The notes under the pieces are model-generated. The model searched no databases, was not told the origin of the DNA, and saw only the letters and a list, made by a program, of their open reading frames with translations. A stretch of 64,000 nt of DNA, from the IMG/VR virus record IMGVR_UViG_3300005537_000001, positions 248,001-312,000 of that record; one strand, 5' to 3'. The translations under genes were made by a program, and so were the position numbers. Numbering within the stretch: the first letter of the stretch is position 1; every line of letters starts with the position of its first letter. This document shows positions 27,874-37,505 of this stretch, in pieces.

Positions 27874-28947
27874 ATGGAACGCAAGCTAGTAACGGTTAGA
27901 CAAATCAACACCCTTGACCCAATTCCTGGCGCAGACGCTATTGAGGTTGCCGGAATCGAAGGTTGGAAGGTAGTTACGAAGAAAGGTGAATTCAACATCG
28001 GAGATTTTTGTCTCTACTTCGAAATTGACTCATTCCTGCCTGAAAGTGATCCTCGCTATTCATTCTTGATGAAGAGCGGGGTGCGTGAATTTGAGGGCGC
28101 GCGCGGTCACAAGCTACGCACAGTCAAGCTGAGGGGGCAATTGAGCCAAGGGCTAGCGCTACCGCTCGGATTATTTCCTGAGCTATCGATTACGGGTGAT
28201 GCTAGCCTAAAAATCGCGATGCGCGATTTCGATCTAGCCGAGAAGCTGGGTATCAAGAAATATGAAGCTCCAATCCCAGCTCAGCTAGCTGGTCTTGTGA
28301 AGGGCGCGTTTCCAAGCTTCATCAAGAAGACTGATCAAGAGCGCTGTCAGAACCTTATCGGTGAAATTTTTATCGATAACAAGCATTCATCCTATGAAGT
28401 TACGACGAAGCTAGATGGTACCAGCGTTACTTTCTATCACTACGATGGTGAAGGTGGAGCGTGTAGCAGAAATCTTGAAATGAAAATTGTAGATGAAAAC
28501 AAGGAAAATTCAATAGTCCGAATGTTCATCGACAGTGGGATTCAGCGTGCGCTCACCTTTCTTAACCACAACGTAGCTATTCAGGGTGAGCTGATGGGAC
28601 CATCTATTCAAGGTAACCGTGAGGGCCTAAAGCACCATGTATTCTACGTGTTTGACATCCAAAATTTGCACACAGGGGGATATTTCACCCCAGCTGAACG
28701 AACGAATTTTGTTGATGGGCTTATTGCCGGTGGCATGAATAGTGGCATCGTATCTCACGTTCCGGTTCTTCATGAAGCTAAAACGCTTTCTCAGCTGGGT
28801 ATTTCAAACGTTGAAGAGCTGCTCGCGTACGCTGAAGGTGTAAGCATAAACAACCCAATTCGCGAGGGAGTTGTATTCAAGCGTACCGATGGAAAGTTCA
28901 GCTTCAAGGCAATAAGCAATTCTTTCCTAACGAAAGAAAAGGACTAA
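27874..28947 (+). CDS. RNA ligase, Rnl2/DRB0094 family
   Basis: N-terminal RKLVT...IPGADAIE...GWKVV.KKGEF; TTKLDGTS, QGELMG, REGVVFK, FKAISN. Confidence 0.9.
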   Translation: MERKLVTVRQINTLDPIPGADAIEVAGIEGWKVVTKKGEFNIGDFCLYFEIDSFLPESDPRYSFLMKSGVREFEGARGHKLRTVKLRGQLSQGLALPLGLFPELSITGDASLKIAMRDFDLAEKLGIKKYEAPIPAQLAGLVKGAFPSFIKKTDQERCQNLIGEIFIDNKHSSYEVTTKLDGTSVTFYHYDGEGGACSRNLEMKIVDENKENSIVRMFIDSGIQRALTFLNHNVAIQGELMGPSIQGNREGLKHHVFYVFDIQNLHTGGYFTPAERTNFVDGLIAGGMNSGIVSHVPVLHEAKTLSQLGISNVEELLAYAEGVSINNPIREGVVFKRTDGKFSFKAISNSFLTKEKD

Positions 28948-28948
28948 C

Positions 28949-29392
28949 GTGAGCATTTCAGCCAAGCTCGCCGCTGATCTTCTAGCTATGGCGATTCGCT
29001 TTAGCGGTTTACCCGGAATGCCAGCCGATCAGCTGCCATTTTTTGAGCCAATGACAACCGCTCAGCTGGGAATGCAGGTGTGTCCGTACGTAATGACAAA
29101 ATGCGATGGAATAGTTTCGGCATACAACCATGAAGACTATGTCGTTATCTACCTTGACACGCTAAACGTCGAAGATGTAGTTGACAGCTCGTTCTTAGTG
29201 CATGAGCTGGTACACGTGCTGCAGCATCACGCTCACATCGTCCCAAAGCCATTGACCTGTGAAGCTTTGAAGCGAATGGAAATTCAAGCTTATTCTGCCC
29301 AGAACGCCTACTTGAAGCACATGGGCAGCAGCTTGAGATATGGTCGAACCGCTGAATCGACAACGTGTGAATCAATGCTTGATAAATACTAG
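28949..29392 (+). CDS. HExxH putative metallopeptidase, possibly exported
   Basis: VHELVHVLQ...E.QAY motif; hydrophobic N-terminus. Confidence 0.6.
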   Translation: MSISAKLAADLLAMAIRFSGLPGMPADQLPFFEPMTTAQLGMQVCPYVMTKCDGIVSAYNHEDYVVIYLDTLNVEDVVDSSFLVHELVHVLQHHAHIVPKPLTCEALKRMEIQAYSAQNAYLKHMGSSLRYGRTAESTTCESMLDKY

Positions 29393-29398
29393 GCCGTG

Positions 29399-29429
29399 AT
29401 TTACTTTCATTGTTACCCTGTGATATAAT
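29399..29429 (+). promoter_or_regulatory. early promoter ATTTAC-N19-TATAAT
   Basis: Intergenic; perfect -10 preceded by TGTGA. Confidence 0.55.
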
Positions 29430-29446
29430 TTGCAAAAGGAGAACAT

Positions 29447-29935
29447 ATGGAACTCAGGCTGTATTCTTTTGTAAATTTTTACCTCTCGTCAATCCAGCAG
29501 GGAATCCAAACCGGTCATGCCGCGGTTGATCTCGTTCGCAAGTATGAAGAGAACACCGCCCATCCAAGCGATGATCACCAAGATCTTTGCGAGATGGTTG
29601 CTGACTGGGCCGACAATCATAAGACGTTCATCATTCTTAACGGTGGCGACAAGGATGCTGTTGCCGCTTCCACGCAAATTATCAGTACGTCCGGATTTCC
29701 GTTTGCGGTGTTTTTGGAACCTGGCATCAACAACGCTGAATGCGTAGCTGCTGTTCTACCGGAGTCTATCTTCAACGCTAAGCTCCGTCAATCGAATGCG
29801 GCCCTGAGCCTACAAGATTCTCAGCCAGTGTACGAGTACGTTAATCCTGAAAATACTCAGGTTACTGCGTACTACCCTAATCACAAGCATTACGAGCTTA
29901 TCAAGCTGCTAAGAGCGAGTCGCTTAGCATCATGA
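29447..29935 (+). CDS. putative peptidyl-tRNA hydrolase (PTH2-like fold)
   Basis: YLSSIQQGIQTGHAA...WA.NHKT.I.LNGG pattern. Confidence 0.5.
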   Translation: MELRLYSFVNFYLSSIQQGIQTGHAAVDLVRKYEENTAHPSDDHQDLCEMVADWADNHKTFIILNGGDKDAVAASTQIISTSGFPFAVFLEPGINNAECVAAVLPESIFNAKLRQSNAALSLQDSQPVYEYVNPENTQVTAYYPNHKHYELIKLLRASRLAS

Positions 29936-30516
29936 GCTATGTAGTAGGCCTGAGCGGCACCCACGGCACCGGAAAATCAACAATCTTGCAGGGCGTTAAA
30001 GCCGCGGGACATCCTGTAGTAGAAACATCTCTTTCGCGCGAAGCGCAAAAATCTCTAGGATGGTCAGCGCTAACTGAGGCTGAAAAATCCATTGAGAATA
30101 TGTGGGCGCTTCAAGAAGCTATTCTGTTCGCTATGTTCAATCGCGATATGACTATTCACGAATCGAAAGTTCTAACTCTCGTAGAACGCACGCCCGCCGA
30201 CGTGTGGGCTTACACCGCGATGTGGTGTAAGCGCCATGATATCGATCCTTTTGAAGATTGGCACGCCAAGATGTATCTGGAGAGATGTCAAGAACTGGCG
30301 CGGGATTATACCTTGTTTATTCAGGTACCAATTACGGAAGACGTTCAGTTCGTTGCAGAACCAAATCGCGCCGATCTTCCAAGCCGGCTTTTCGTAGAAA
30401 CAACAATTGACAATTTTATCCGGTACGGTGCTTTACCGTCTATAAAAATTAAATCAACGACACCAAACAATCGCATCGCGGATACAATTTCCGCGATGCA
30501 TCACGTTAGAACATAA
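29932..30516 (+). CDS. P-loop nucleotide kinase/AAA_28-like protein
   Basis: GTHGTGKS Walker A; ERTPAD. Confidence 0.75.
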   Translation: MSYVVGLSGTHGTGKSTILQGVKAAGHPVVETSLSREAQKSLGWSALTEAEKSIENMWALQEAILFAMFNRDMTIHESKVLTLVERTPADVWAYTAMWCKRHDIDPFEDWHAKMYLERCQELARDYTLFIQVPITEDVQFVAEPNRADLPSRLFVETTIDNFIRYGALPSIKIKSTTPNNRIADTISAMHHVRT

Positions 30517-30526
30517 GAAGAAAAAT

Positions 30527-31174
30527 ATGACAGAGAAAAAGAAGACAACGCAGCAGACTCCGGAATTTGGTTTGGCGATGGATTGGGAAACGAGTGGAGC
30601 TGTGTTCGGTGGAGACAGCTCCAAGGATCATCAAGGATTGTCTTTCGGTGCAATCATTTTTCGTACTAAAACTTTCGAGCCAGTAGCCAAGCTATATCGC
30701 TTAATCAAGTTTGATGAAAAATATACATGGACGGAGGGCGCTCAAAAAATTCACGGTCTCACCAAGGAACATCTTGCAAAAAATGGTGTAACTCAAGAAG
30801 AAGCTGCAACGGATCTTTTGGAAATTATTCTGAAATATTTTGGTCCATCTTCCAAGATTATGTTTCTAGGTCATAATCCATGGTTTGATATTGGATTCAC
30901 GAACCAGCTACTCAATGCGGTTGAATTTGAACTCACCGATGAAATCCTAAATCCCAAGCATCCAACGTTTACGCAGCTGGAACTCCATCACGTTATTCTT
31001 GATACATCGGCGCTTGGTTTCATCACGCTTGGACTATTTAAATCTGATTTGCTGTTTGACAAAATTGGTGGTGATGAATACGCGCGAGCTGAACATAATG
31101 CCCTGCGCGATGCCGAAATGACGCTACAAACGTGTCAAGCTATTAAACAGCTGGTAGAGGTTGCCCTTGGATAA
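30527..31174 (+). CDS. DEDDh 3'-5' exonuclease (DnaQ/RNase T-like)
   Basis: DWETSG, GHN.WFD, DT, HNALRDA. Confidence 0.88.
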   Translation: MTEKKKTTQQTPEFGLAMDWETSGAVFGGDSSKDHQGLSFGAIIFRTKTFEPVAKLYRLIKFDEKYTWTEGAQKIHGLTKEHLAKNGVTQEEAATDLLEIILKYFGPSSKIMFLGHNPWFDIGFTNQLLNAVEFELTDEILNPKHPTFTQLELHHVILDTSALGFITLGLFKSDLLFDKIGGDEYARAEHNALRDAEMTLQTCQAIKQLVEVALG

Positions 31175-31634
31175 AGTTAAAACTCTAAAGCAGCTAGTAG
31201 CTGCATGGGTTCGCTATCGAAAAAGCGGTGGTGAATACGTAAATTTGTCAGATGATGTCGACCGATACTGGCGTGAACAGCTTGGTGACCTCTATGAGCA
31301 ATTCTACACGGATGTAGATCTGGATGTTAGCGTCGGCCTTGGCTGGATAAAACTGTACGTTGAGGCGTGTCGCAAAATGAAGGCGGTCATCGATGCCAAT
31401 CCTACCGTACAGCTTAAGGTTGTTCAAGTAAAGCAGAAATTCGGCGGCTTGAGAATCTACGCTCAGGTGCCGGGTGAGGGCGCTACGGTTGATCTTGTCA
31501 AAAAAGCTATAAACGAGATTATCAAATGCGCGGCAGAAGAAGCAGATAGAACATGTGAGGTATGCGGTGATCCTGGAGCTTTAGTTTCCGGAGCTGGCAT
31601 CCGCGTTTCTTGTTCAAAGCATTCCCGCATATGA
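31161..31634 (+). CDS. hypothetical protein with C-terminal Cys cluster
   Basis: VKQKFGGLRIY...TCEVCGDPG. Confidence 0.65.
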   Translation: MPLDKVKTLKQLVAAWVRYRKSGGEYVNLSDDVDRYWREQLGDLYEQFYTDVDLDVSVGLGWIKLYVEACRKMKAVIDANPTVQLKVVQVKQKFGGLRIYAQVPGEGATVDLVKKAINEIIKCAAEEADRTCEVCGDPGALVSGAGIRVSCSKHSRI

Positions 31635-31834
31635 AAGAAACATTTGTATTTGACGGAATAGAGGTCGCAAAAACTGGTAGAGAAGCATTCCGTGAAATAA
31701 AATCAACTACCAGCGCTAAACTACCACGAAAAATGAAGCTGGTGGAAATTACACCGGCTGACACTGATGTAGGTGATTGGAAAAAGTGGATCGACCCATC
31801 GCAGCTGTACATCATTGAACCATCTGATAAATAA
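31631..31834 (+). CDS. hypothetical protein
   Basis: ATGA overlap; track start is 31610. Confidence 0.6.
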   Translation: MKETFVFDGIEVAKTGREAFREIKSTTSAKLPRKMKLVEITPADTDVGDWKKWIDPSQLYIIEPSDK

Positions 31835-31837
31835 AGC

Positions 31838-33037
31838 ATGGCAATCTACAATGTTCTCCAATGTTCAGTGTGTCGGCGGAAAAAGGATGTTCTTCGAGAT
31901 CCAGTTCACGCCGCGCCCAATCAATGCACCATTACCAAGTCGTGCAGTGGATTTCTGTTTCCAATCGGCGAAACCACCATTTTAACTCCACCTCCGCCGG
32001 TAGTTGGATTGACAGATTGGTTTCCAAGAGGTCAAAAACCAACATCAGTTCCTCTTGCCCCAGCTGAAAAAACGGTAGATCTTTCTACCTCTGGTACGGG
32101 CATCATAACCATGGGACTTTCAGTTCCAATGTCAACCGCGCCAACACCAGCTAATCCATGGGGAGCATCGCCGCCAGCAAACGTTGTTGTCGCATTTACC
32201 CAACAGCTAACTCAAGATATTCCTTTTAACGAATTCATTTTCAACGTGGCGTCAACTACAGCGATAATAGCTGGTCAGGATTCTACTGGAAAAAATCTTC
32301 GCTTCAGCTTAGCTAACGTGTTAGATGGTTTGGTGTTCGTGCTGGTTAACGGCGTCGCAAGCTTTCCAGATAATACTCCAAGTGGTTGGTCAACCACGAT
32401 CGCCAACCAAATTACCTTCAACACCCCAATCGCAGCTGGTTCAATTGTAACCGTTTCGATATTCGTTAAGCCACCAACGGCGATGGTTTTCCTGCAATTC
32501 AACCTAAATCAAACCCTCATCTTGAATGCAAATTCCGGGTCATGGGGAAATATCAGGTGGGTTGAGGAATATGATCCAACAACTGGCACCATCAAGGCGA
32601 ACAAGTGGTGGTTGTATACGTGCACTGAAGTTGCCGATCTAGGAAATTCAGCTCGGCTTTCGCTGCTTGGCGTTTTTACAGACACCACGATGTCCAAGCC
32701 GGTGCTACCTTATGCTGCAACCCCAAATGATTTTAGCGGCATAAGATTCTTACTCGCGTCGCCGCCTTATGATAACACCGATCGCTATCTTAATTTTTTC
32801 ATCGATGGAAATTTACTAGCTGGTGAATCGGCGCTGGTTACCGCAACATCCACCATCACCGAATTGTTCGCTGATACGTCGGCTCTAGCTGAACTGTATC
32901 CGCCATTTCAGCTGATAGAAACTGCTAACCTGTCAACGTCGTACATCAGTGCCGATACGTTTCCAACCAATGATTCAGTTCCATTGTCAACACCAAAATC
33001 TCTACTATCTGGTACAAAAATATTGGGGCCAACATAA
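31838..33037 (+). CDS. late, probably structural protein with N-terminal Cys motifs
   Basis: GATAAATA at 31826-31833; CSVC...C...C; T/S/P-rich. Confidence 0.7.
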   Translation: MAIYNVLQCSVCRRKKDVLRDPVHAAPNQCTITKSCSGFLFPIGETTILTPPPPVVGLTDWFPRGQKPTSVPLAPAEKTVDLSTSGTGIITMGLSVPMSTAPTPANPWGASPPANVVVAFTQQLTQDIPFNEFIFNVASTTAIIAGQDSTGKNLRFSLANVLDGLVFVLVNGVASFPDNTPSGWSTTIANQITFNTPIAAGSIVTVSIFVKPPTAMVFLQFNLNQTLILNANSGSWGNIRWVEEYDPTTGTIKANKWWLYTCTEVADLGNSARLSLLGVFTDTTMSKPVLPYAATPNDFSGIRFLLASPPYDNTDRYLNFFIDGNLLAGESALVTATSTITELFADTSALAELYPPFQLIETANLSTSYISADTFPTNDSVPLSTPKSLLSGTKILGPT

Positions 33038-33579
33038 TGCTAGCTGATAAGCTTATACCAAGCTTTTACATCATCGAGGTCGAGGGTAAGGCCGTCGACA
33101 CGTTAATTCCTGGAAATTTCGGCATTCAAAAAATATCAGTTGGGTCTCGCGATTTTACCAATGACATGATGGCGTGGGCCGCGCTTTCGGACGCGATGCA
33201 GTTCATCGTGCTTAATCCAGAGCTAGACAAAGCTGGAGCTCAAGAACAGATGGATTATAATCCAGAATTTTTCCCAACGCTGCAACACGCACCAACTCCC
33301 GAAGAAAAAAATAAGCTGCAGGAAGCTGAGGATGCTGCCGATGAGGCTACAGAAGCTCTCGGAATTCCGGGTAGAATTGCTGTTCCAATAACGCGAGTGT
33401 TTGATCCTCTTGGTGATTTTGTTGAATCTCGATGGGTTATCGAATCACCGGAATTTAAGGTTCAAGGCAAGATAGCCGTAAATCCGGACAAATACATGCA
33501 CTACAAGATAGCAGATCTTGAGGTAAAATCCGGTCCTCCACAGCTCAAATCAACCCAATCAAGCATCTACCTGCACTAA
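33037..33579 (+). CDS. hypothetical protein (180 aa)
   Basis: TAATG overlap. Confidence 0.7.
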   Translation: MLADKLIPSFYIIEVEGKAVDTLIPGNFGIQKISVGSRDFTNDMMAWAALSDAMQFIVLNPELDKAGAQEQMDYNPEFFPTLQHAPTPEEKNKLQEAEDAADEATEALGIPGRIAVPITRVFDPLGDFVESRWVIESPEFKVQGKIAVNPDKYMHYKIADLEVKSGPPQLKSTQSSIYLH

Positions 33580-34040
33580 TGGAAACATCAACCCCAGCCA
33601 GCTTCAACTATGACGTTAAAATCGGTCATGGCGCTGATATTTTAAAAACCGGACCACTTGGAAAGGGTCTGGTAAATTGCGGTGAAATCGTAATTACTTC
33701 ACGGTCATTTACCGATTACGCTGAATGCGAGAAGACTCTATCCAATCTCATGTCGGCGCTTTCCTTTATTGAAACAAAGTGCAGCTCCCAGGGGCACGTC
33801 ATAGTTACAAAGCTTAATCCTATCCTGGATACTACCGGCAAAAAGCACAATGACGCTGACTCATGGGATAAATTTACCGTCATGCGCTCATACGTCGCTA
33901 ACGCCGATGAGCTTAAAAAATCAACTCTCAACTATCACGTTCTCGGTCAGATAAGGGTGGATCAAATGATAGTTGGTGTTAAGCCTGTTCCCGCCCCACC
34001 CTTGAGCCCAATAGCTCAAACGCAGATTGAATTCAAATAA
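33579..34040 (+). CDS. hypothetical protein (153 aa)
   Basis: TAATG overlap. Confidence 0.7.
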   Translation: METSTPASFNYDVKIGHGADILKTGPLGKGLVNCGEIVITSRSFTDYAECEKTLSNLMSALSFIETKCSSQGHVIVTKLNPILDTTGKKHNDADSWDKFTVMRSYVANADELKKSTLNYHVLGQIRVDQMIVGVKPVPAPPLSPIAQTQIEFK

Positions 34041-34042
34041 GC

Positions 34043-34072
34043 GTTTACTTTCACGAGGTAGCGCGTTATAAT
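34043..34072 (+). promoter_or_regulatory. early promoter GTTTAC-N18-TATAAT
   Basis: T4 early -35 consensus and perfect -10, heading the replication operon. Confidence 0.75.
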
Positions 34073-34114
34073 TGACGTACTCCCTCTCTAATAACAATCC
34101 CATAGGAGATCAAT

Positions 34115-34450
34115 ATGGCAAAGAACCAGCTGGTGGTGCCCGGCAGAAAGAAATCATTCACTGAAATTTCTGACATCATCAAAAATCCATCGACAAACTC
34201 CAAGCTTAAAGCATTCATCGATGAAGCGGTAAATGCAAAAATCAAAATTCTAGATCAAAATGAAGCTATCAAGGGTCTTCGCGATGAAGCTCTTAATCAG
34301 CTCGGTCTTCAACCAAAAATGTTCAACTTTCTTGTTAGCTTGATGTTCAACAACAACTTTGACGAGAAGCTGCACGAGATCGGTGAGCAGGAGACCGCCA
34401 TCGAGGGGTTGATGCAGACTGGATCCTCAGCGAAATCGGATGATGAATGA
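34115..34450 (+). CDS. T4 DsbA-like dsDNA-binding protein
   Basis: IDEAVNAK...IKGLRDEA...LGLQPKMFN helical pattern. Confidence 0.65.
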   Translation: MAKNQLVVPGRKKSFTEISDIIKNPSTNSKLKAFIDEAVNAKIKILDQNEAIKGLRDEALNQLGLQPKMFNFLVSLMFNNNFDEKLHEIGEQETAIEGLMQTGSSAKSDDE

Positions 34451-37275
34451 TATCTGATTTGAATTCCGAAAAGCGGAATTATGTGGCGGCATGGGCTGAT
34501 TACAAAAGCGATAAAATTGTAGTCATCGAGCGTGATGCTAGCGGTAAGCGACATCGCAAGCGCTATAATCCTCCATATTATTTCTACGTCCCAGATGAAG
34601 AGGAAGGAACAGAAACCTCAATCTTCGGTGATAAGCTGACTCGAGCTGAATTTGGGACGCGCGAAGAATATACGGCCGCGAAGGAACAATTTCAAGTCAA
34701 GTTTGAATCGGATATTTCACCGCTTCGGCGAATTCTCATGGACATCTATTATGGGCGTCCAACTCCTATCGTGCATTACGCGTTCCTTGACATCGAGGTA
34801 GATTATTCACAGGCACTCGGATTCGCTGGCCCGCAAAACCCATACGCGCCAATCAACGCGCTATCAATCTACCAGTCATGGACTGGTAAATATCTTTCAT
34901 ACGTGGTTCCCCCTAAGGGGTGGTCTGGGTCAGTTGATGATTTATATTCTGAGATAGACAAGCTTATTTCAGAAGGTAAGCTGCGTAAAAGCATAATTCC
35001 AGAAATCATCATATGCAGAGATGAAACTGACATTCTCAACAAGCTGGTTGAAGCGGTTGAGGATGCCGACATTCTTTCGGGATGGAATTCAGAATTTTAC
35101 GATATTCCATACATTTGCTTAAGAATTAAACATCTTTTGGGTTGCGGATCATTAGAGATACAGCCGCTGCAGAAGGAAAATTGCGGTGATGGAAAGCGTT
35201 GTAAAAAATGCGAACTAGCATTAGCAAAACTAGATCATCAGGGATGTTCAGGGCCCAAATTGGAGTGGAAACGTAAATTTAATGTTATTAAGGGTCAACC
35301 TAAGGATATAGGTGGTAAGGAACTGGATCCTCTTTTTGTATTCACAGGTAAATCTCACTTAGACTACATGGCGCTCTTCAAGAAATTTACATTTGAAGGT
35401 CGAACGTCATATTCACTTGGCAACATCCTAAGTGAAGAAGTAGACGTTGGTAAGTTGGAATATGATGGCACGCTTGAGCACCTATACAAAAATAATTTTC
35501 CACTGTTTACAGCCTATAACTTCAGAGACGTTGATGGTCTTGTTCAGCTTGATCAAAAATTTAAATTCATCGCGCTCGTAAATCAAATGGCGCATGAAAA
35601 CACCGTAGAATTCAAGCACATGCTTGGAACGGTTGCATATGTTGAGACAGCTATCGCAAACCACGCGCACTATGTTCTCAACAAGCGCGTTCATGATAAA
35701 AATATCATCGAGCATGACAAAGTTGAAGGCGCCATCGTTATGACGCCAAAAATCGGCCTTCATCCCTACGTAGGATCGGTCGATATCAAATCTCAGTATC
35801 CTAATACCATTCGCTCTCTCAATATTTCTCCCGAGATGATTCGTGGGCAGTTTGAAGCTAACGAACAAGCATGGCAGGATATTCGCGATGGCAAGGAAGT
35901 TCAACACACCCTGATTCTTGAAAGCGGTGGCATTGAATCGCACACCGCTGAGGAATGGAGATGGGAACTGCTGCAAAGACAGTGGGCGATATCAGCGTAC
36001 GGTACCGTATTTGATCAAAGTCAAGGTCCTGGCATCGTTGCGCAGGTAGTAGGATTCTGGTATGAGGAGCGCAAGCGCCTCCAGAAGGAAAAGAAGAAAT
36101 TTGACAAGCTCGCTAAGGACGAAACAGATCCTGCCAAGAAGAAGGAGTATGAGAAGCAGGCGGAGCACTTCGATCTTCTGCAGCTTACCAAGAAGATCTC
36201 CATGAACTCTCTTTACGGTGCGCTCCTCAACGTTGCGTTTAGATTTGGTGATGAGCGAATGGGCGCATCAGTAACAGCGACTGGACGAGCAATCACCACG
36301 CACGTAGTTGAAACTCTCAGCGACATCCTTACAGGTTCTCGCACCGGCTTCAACGTAAAAAGATTCATCAATAAGAAAAGCGGTAAGAGAGAAGTAACTT
36401 ACGAACCAATCTCAGATGCCATCATCTACGGTGATACCGATTCATGCTACTTCAAAACGTACGCGGACAACAAAGCTGATGCCGTAGAGACTGCAGATCT
36501 GGCAGCCACCCAGCTGAACGCCTCTTTCAAACCATTCATGACAACAGCTTTTAGCTGTCAGCCAGATTTTGCTATCTTCATCGAAGCTGGGCGTGAAATC
36601 GTTGCGGTGAGGGGTTTGTTTCAGGCGAAGAAGAAATACGTTCTCAAGATAGTCGATCTAGAAGGATTTCCACCAAAACCAGATAAAGAGATCAAGAGCC
36701 AGGGATCAGAAATCAAAAAGGCTGATACGCCCAAGATCATTCAGAAATTCTTGAAGAAAACGGTCGACATGATCCTAGATGGATCAGATTATGATTCCAT
36801 CTGCACGTTTGTAAATCAGCAGCGCAAGGAAATTTTGAAGACCAAGATCAACGTGTTCCAAATAGGGGTTACCAAGCAAGTAAATAAGCTTGATAAGTTC
36901 CTAGCGGAGTACAACAACCCGGGCACGGTACGAAGTGAATCAGGGCGCAAGCTCAGCGTCCCAGGTCATGTTAGAGCCGCGTGCAACTACAATTTTCTGC
37001 TCAACACCTTCGATAAGGGTTCAAAGGATATTCGGTCTGGTGACAAGGCCACTGTTTATTATCTCAGACCCAATCAATTCAATTTTGATTCAATAGCCTT
37101 TCCAGCTGAGAACAGCAAATTTCCCAAATGGTTTGAAGAAAACTTCAAAGTAGACATCAAGAGAACCGAAGACAAAATGTTTGACAACAAGCTGAAGGGA
37201 ATTTTCAAGGCGCTCGGCAAAGATGTTCCATCGCCGCAATCAGTGCTCACGAATAGTATATTGGATTTCGGATGA
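34447..37275 (+). CDS. family B DNA polymerase (gp43-like)
   Basis: ExoI DIEVD, ExoII GWNSEFYD, ExoIII YNFRD; polymerase DIKSQYP, KISMNSLYG, YGDTDS. Confidence 0.97.
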   Translation: MISDLNSEKRNYVAAWADYKSDKIVVIERDASGKRHRKRYNPPYYFYVPDEEEGTETSIFGDKLTRAEFGTREEYTAAKEQFQVKFESDISPLRRILMDIYYGRPTPIVHYAFLDIEVDYSQALGFAGPQNPYAPINALSIYQSWTGKYLSYVVPPKGWSGSVDDLYSEIDKLISEGKLRKSIIPEIIICRDETDILNKLVEAVEDADILSGWNSEFYDIPYICLRIKHLLGCGSLEIQPLQKENCGDGKRCKKCELALAKLDHQGCSGPKLEWKRKFNVIKGQPKDIGGKELDPLFVFTGKSHLDYMALFKKFTFEGRTSYSLGNILSEEVDVGKLEYDGTLEHLYKNNFPLFTAYNFRDVDGLVQLDQKFKFIALVNQMAHENTVEFKHMLGTVAYVETAIANHAHYVLNKRVHDKNIIEHDKVEGAIVMTPKIGLHPYVGSVDIKSQYPNTIRSLNISPEMIRGQFEANEQAWQDIRDGKEVQHTLILESGGIESHTAEEWRWELLQRQWAISAYGTVFDQSQGPGIVAQVVGFWYEERKRLQKEKKKFDKLAKDETDPAKKKEYEKQAEHFDLLQLTKKISMNSLYGALLNVAFRFGDERMGASVTATGRAITTHVVETLSDILTGSRTGFNVKRFINKKSGKREVTYEPISDAIIYGDTDSCYFKTYADNKADAVETADLAATQLNASFKPFMTTAFSCQPDFAIFIEAGREIVAVRGLFQAKKKYVLKIVDLEGFPPKPDKEIKSQGSEIKKADTPKIIQKFLKKTVDMILDGSDYDSICTFVNQQRKEILKTKINVFQIGVTKQVNKLDKFLAEYNNPGTVRSESGRKLSVPGHVRAACNYNFLLNTFDKGSKDIRSGDKATVYYLRPNQFNFDSIAFPAENSKFPKWFEENFKVDIKRTEDKMFDNKLKGIFKALGKDVPSPQSVLTNSILDFG

Positions 37276-37505
37276 TAATTCCTGGATTATACACTCCTGA
37301 CGAGTTCATCTCACCTCTAATTGGTCAATTTAAACTTGAGGGAACAACGCTACATGTTTATGTTGGCGTAAATAACTACAATTGGGTAGAACTGGGCGAG
37401 ATACGCAGCGCGTGGATTATTATTGCGGCTGCTTTAGCAGAGGCTGGCTGGACTGCAGATGAAGTGATCGCGATAATGAAAAATATCAGACCGAGAGAAA
37501 CATGA
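37272..37505 (+). CDS. hypothetical protein (77 aa)
   Basis: ATGA overlaps on both sides. Confidence 0.55.
   Translation: MIIPGLYTPDEFISPLIGQFKLEGTTLHVYVGVNNYNWVELGEIRSAWIIIAAALAEAGWTADEVIAIMKNIRPRET

Noticed and set aside
29381-29388. GATAAATA late promoter
   Set aside because: Inside a coding end, next to a clearer early promoter; may be incidental
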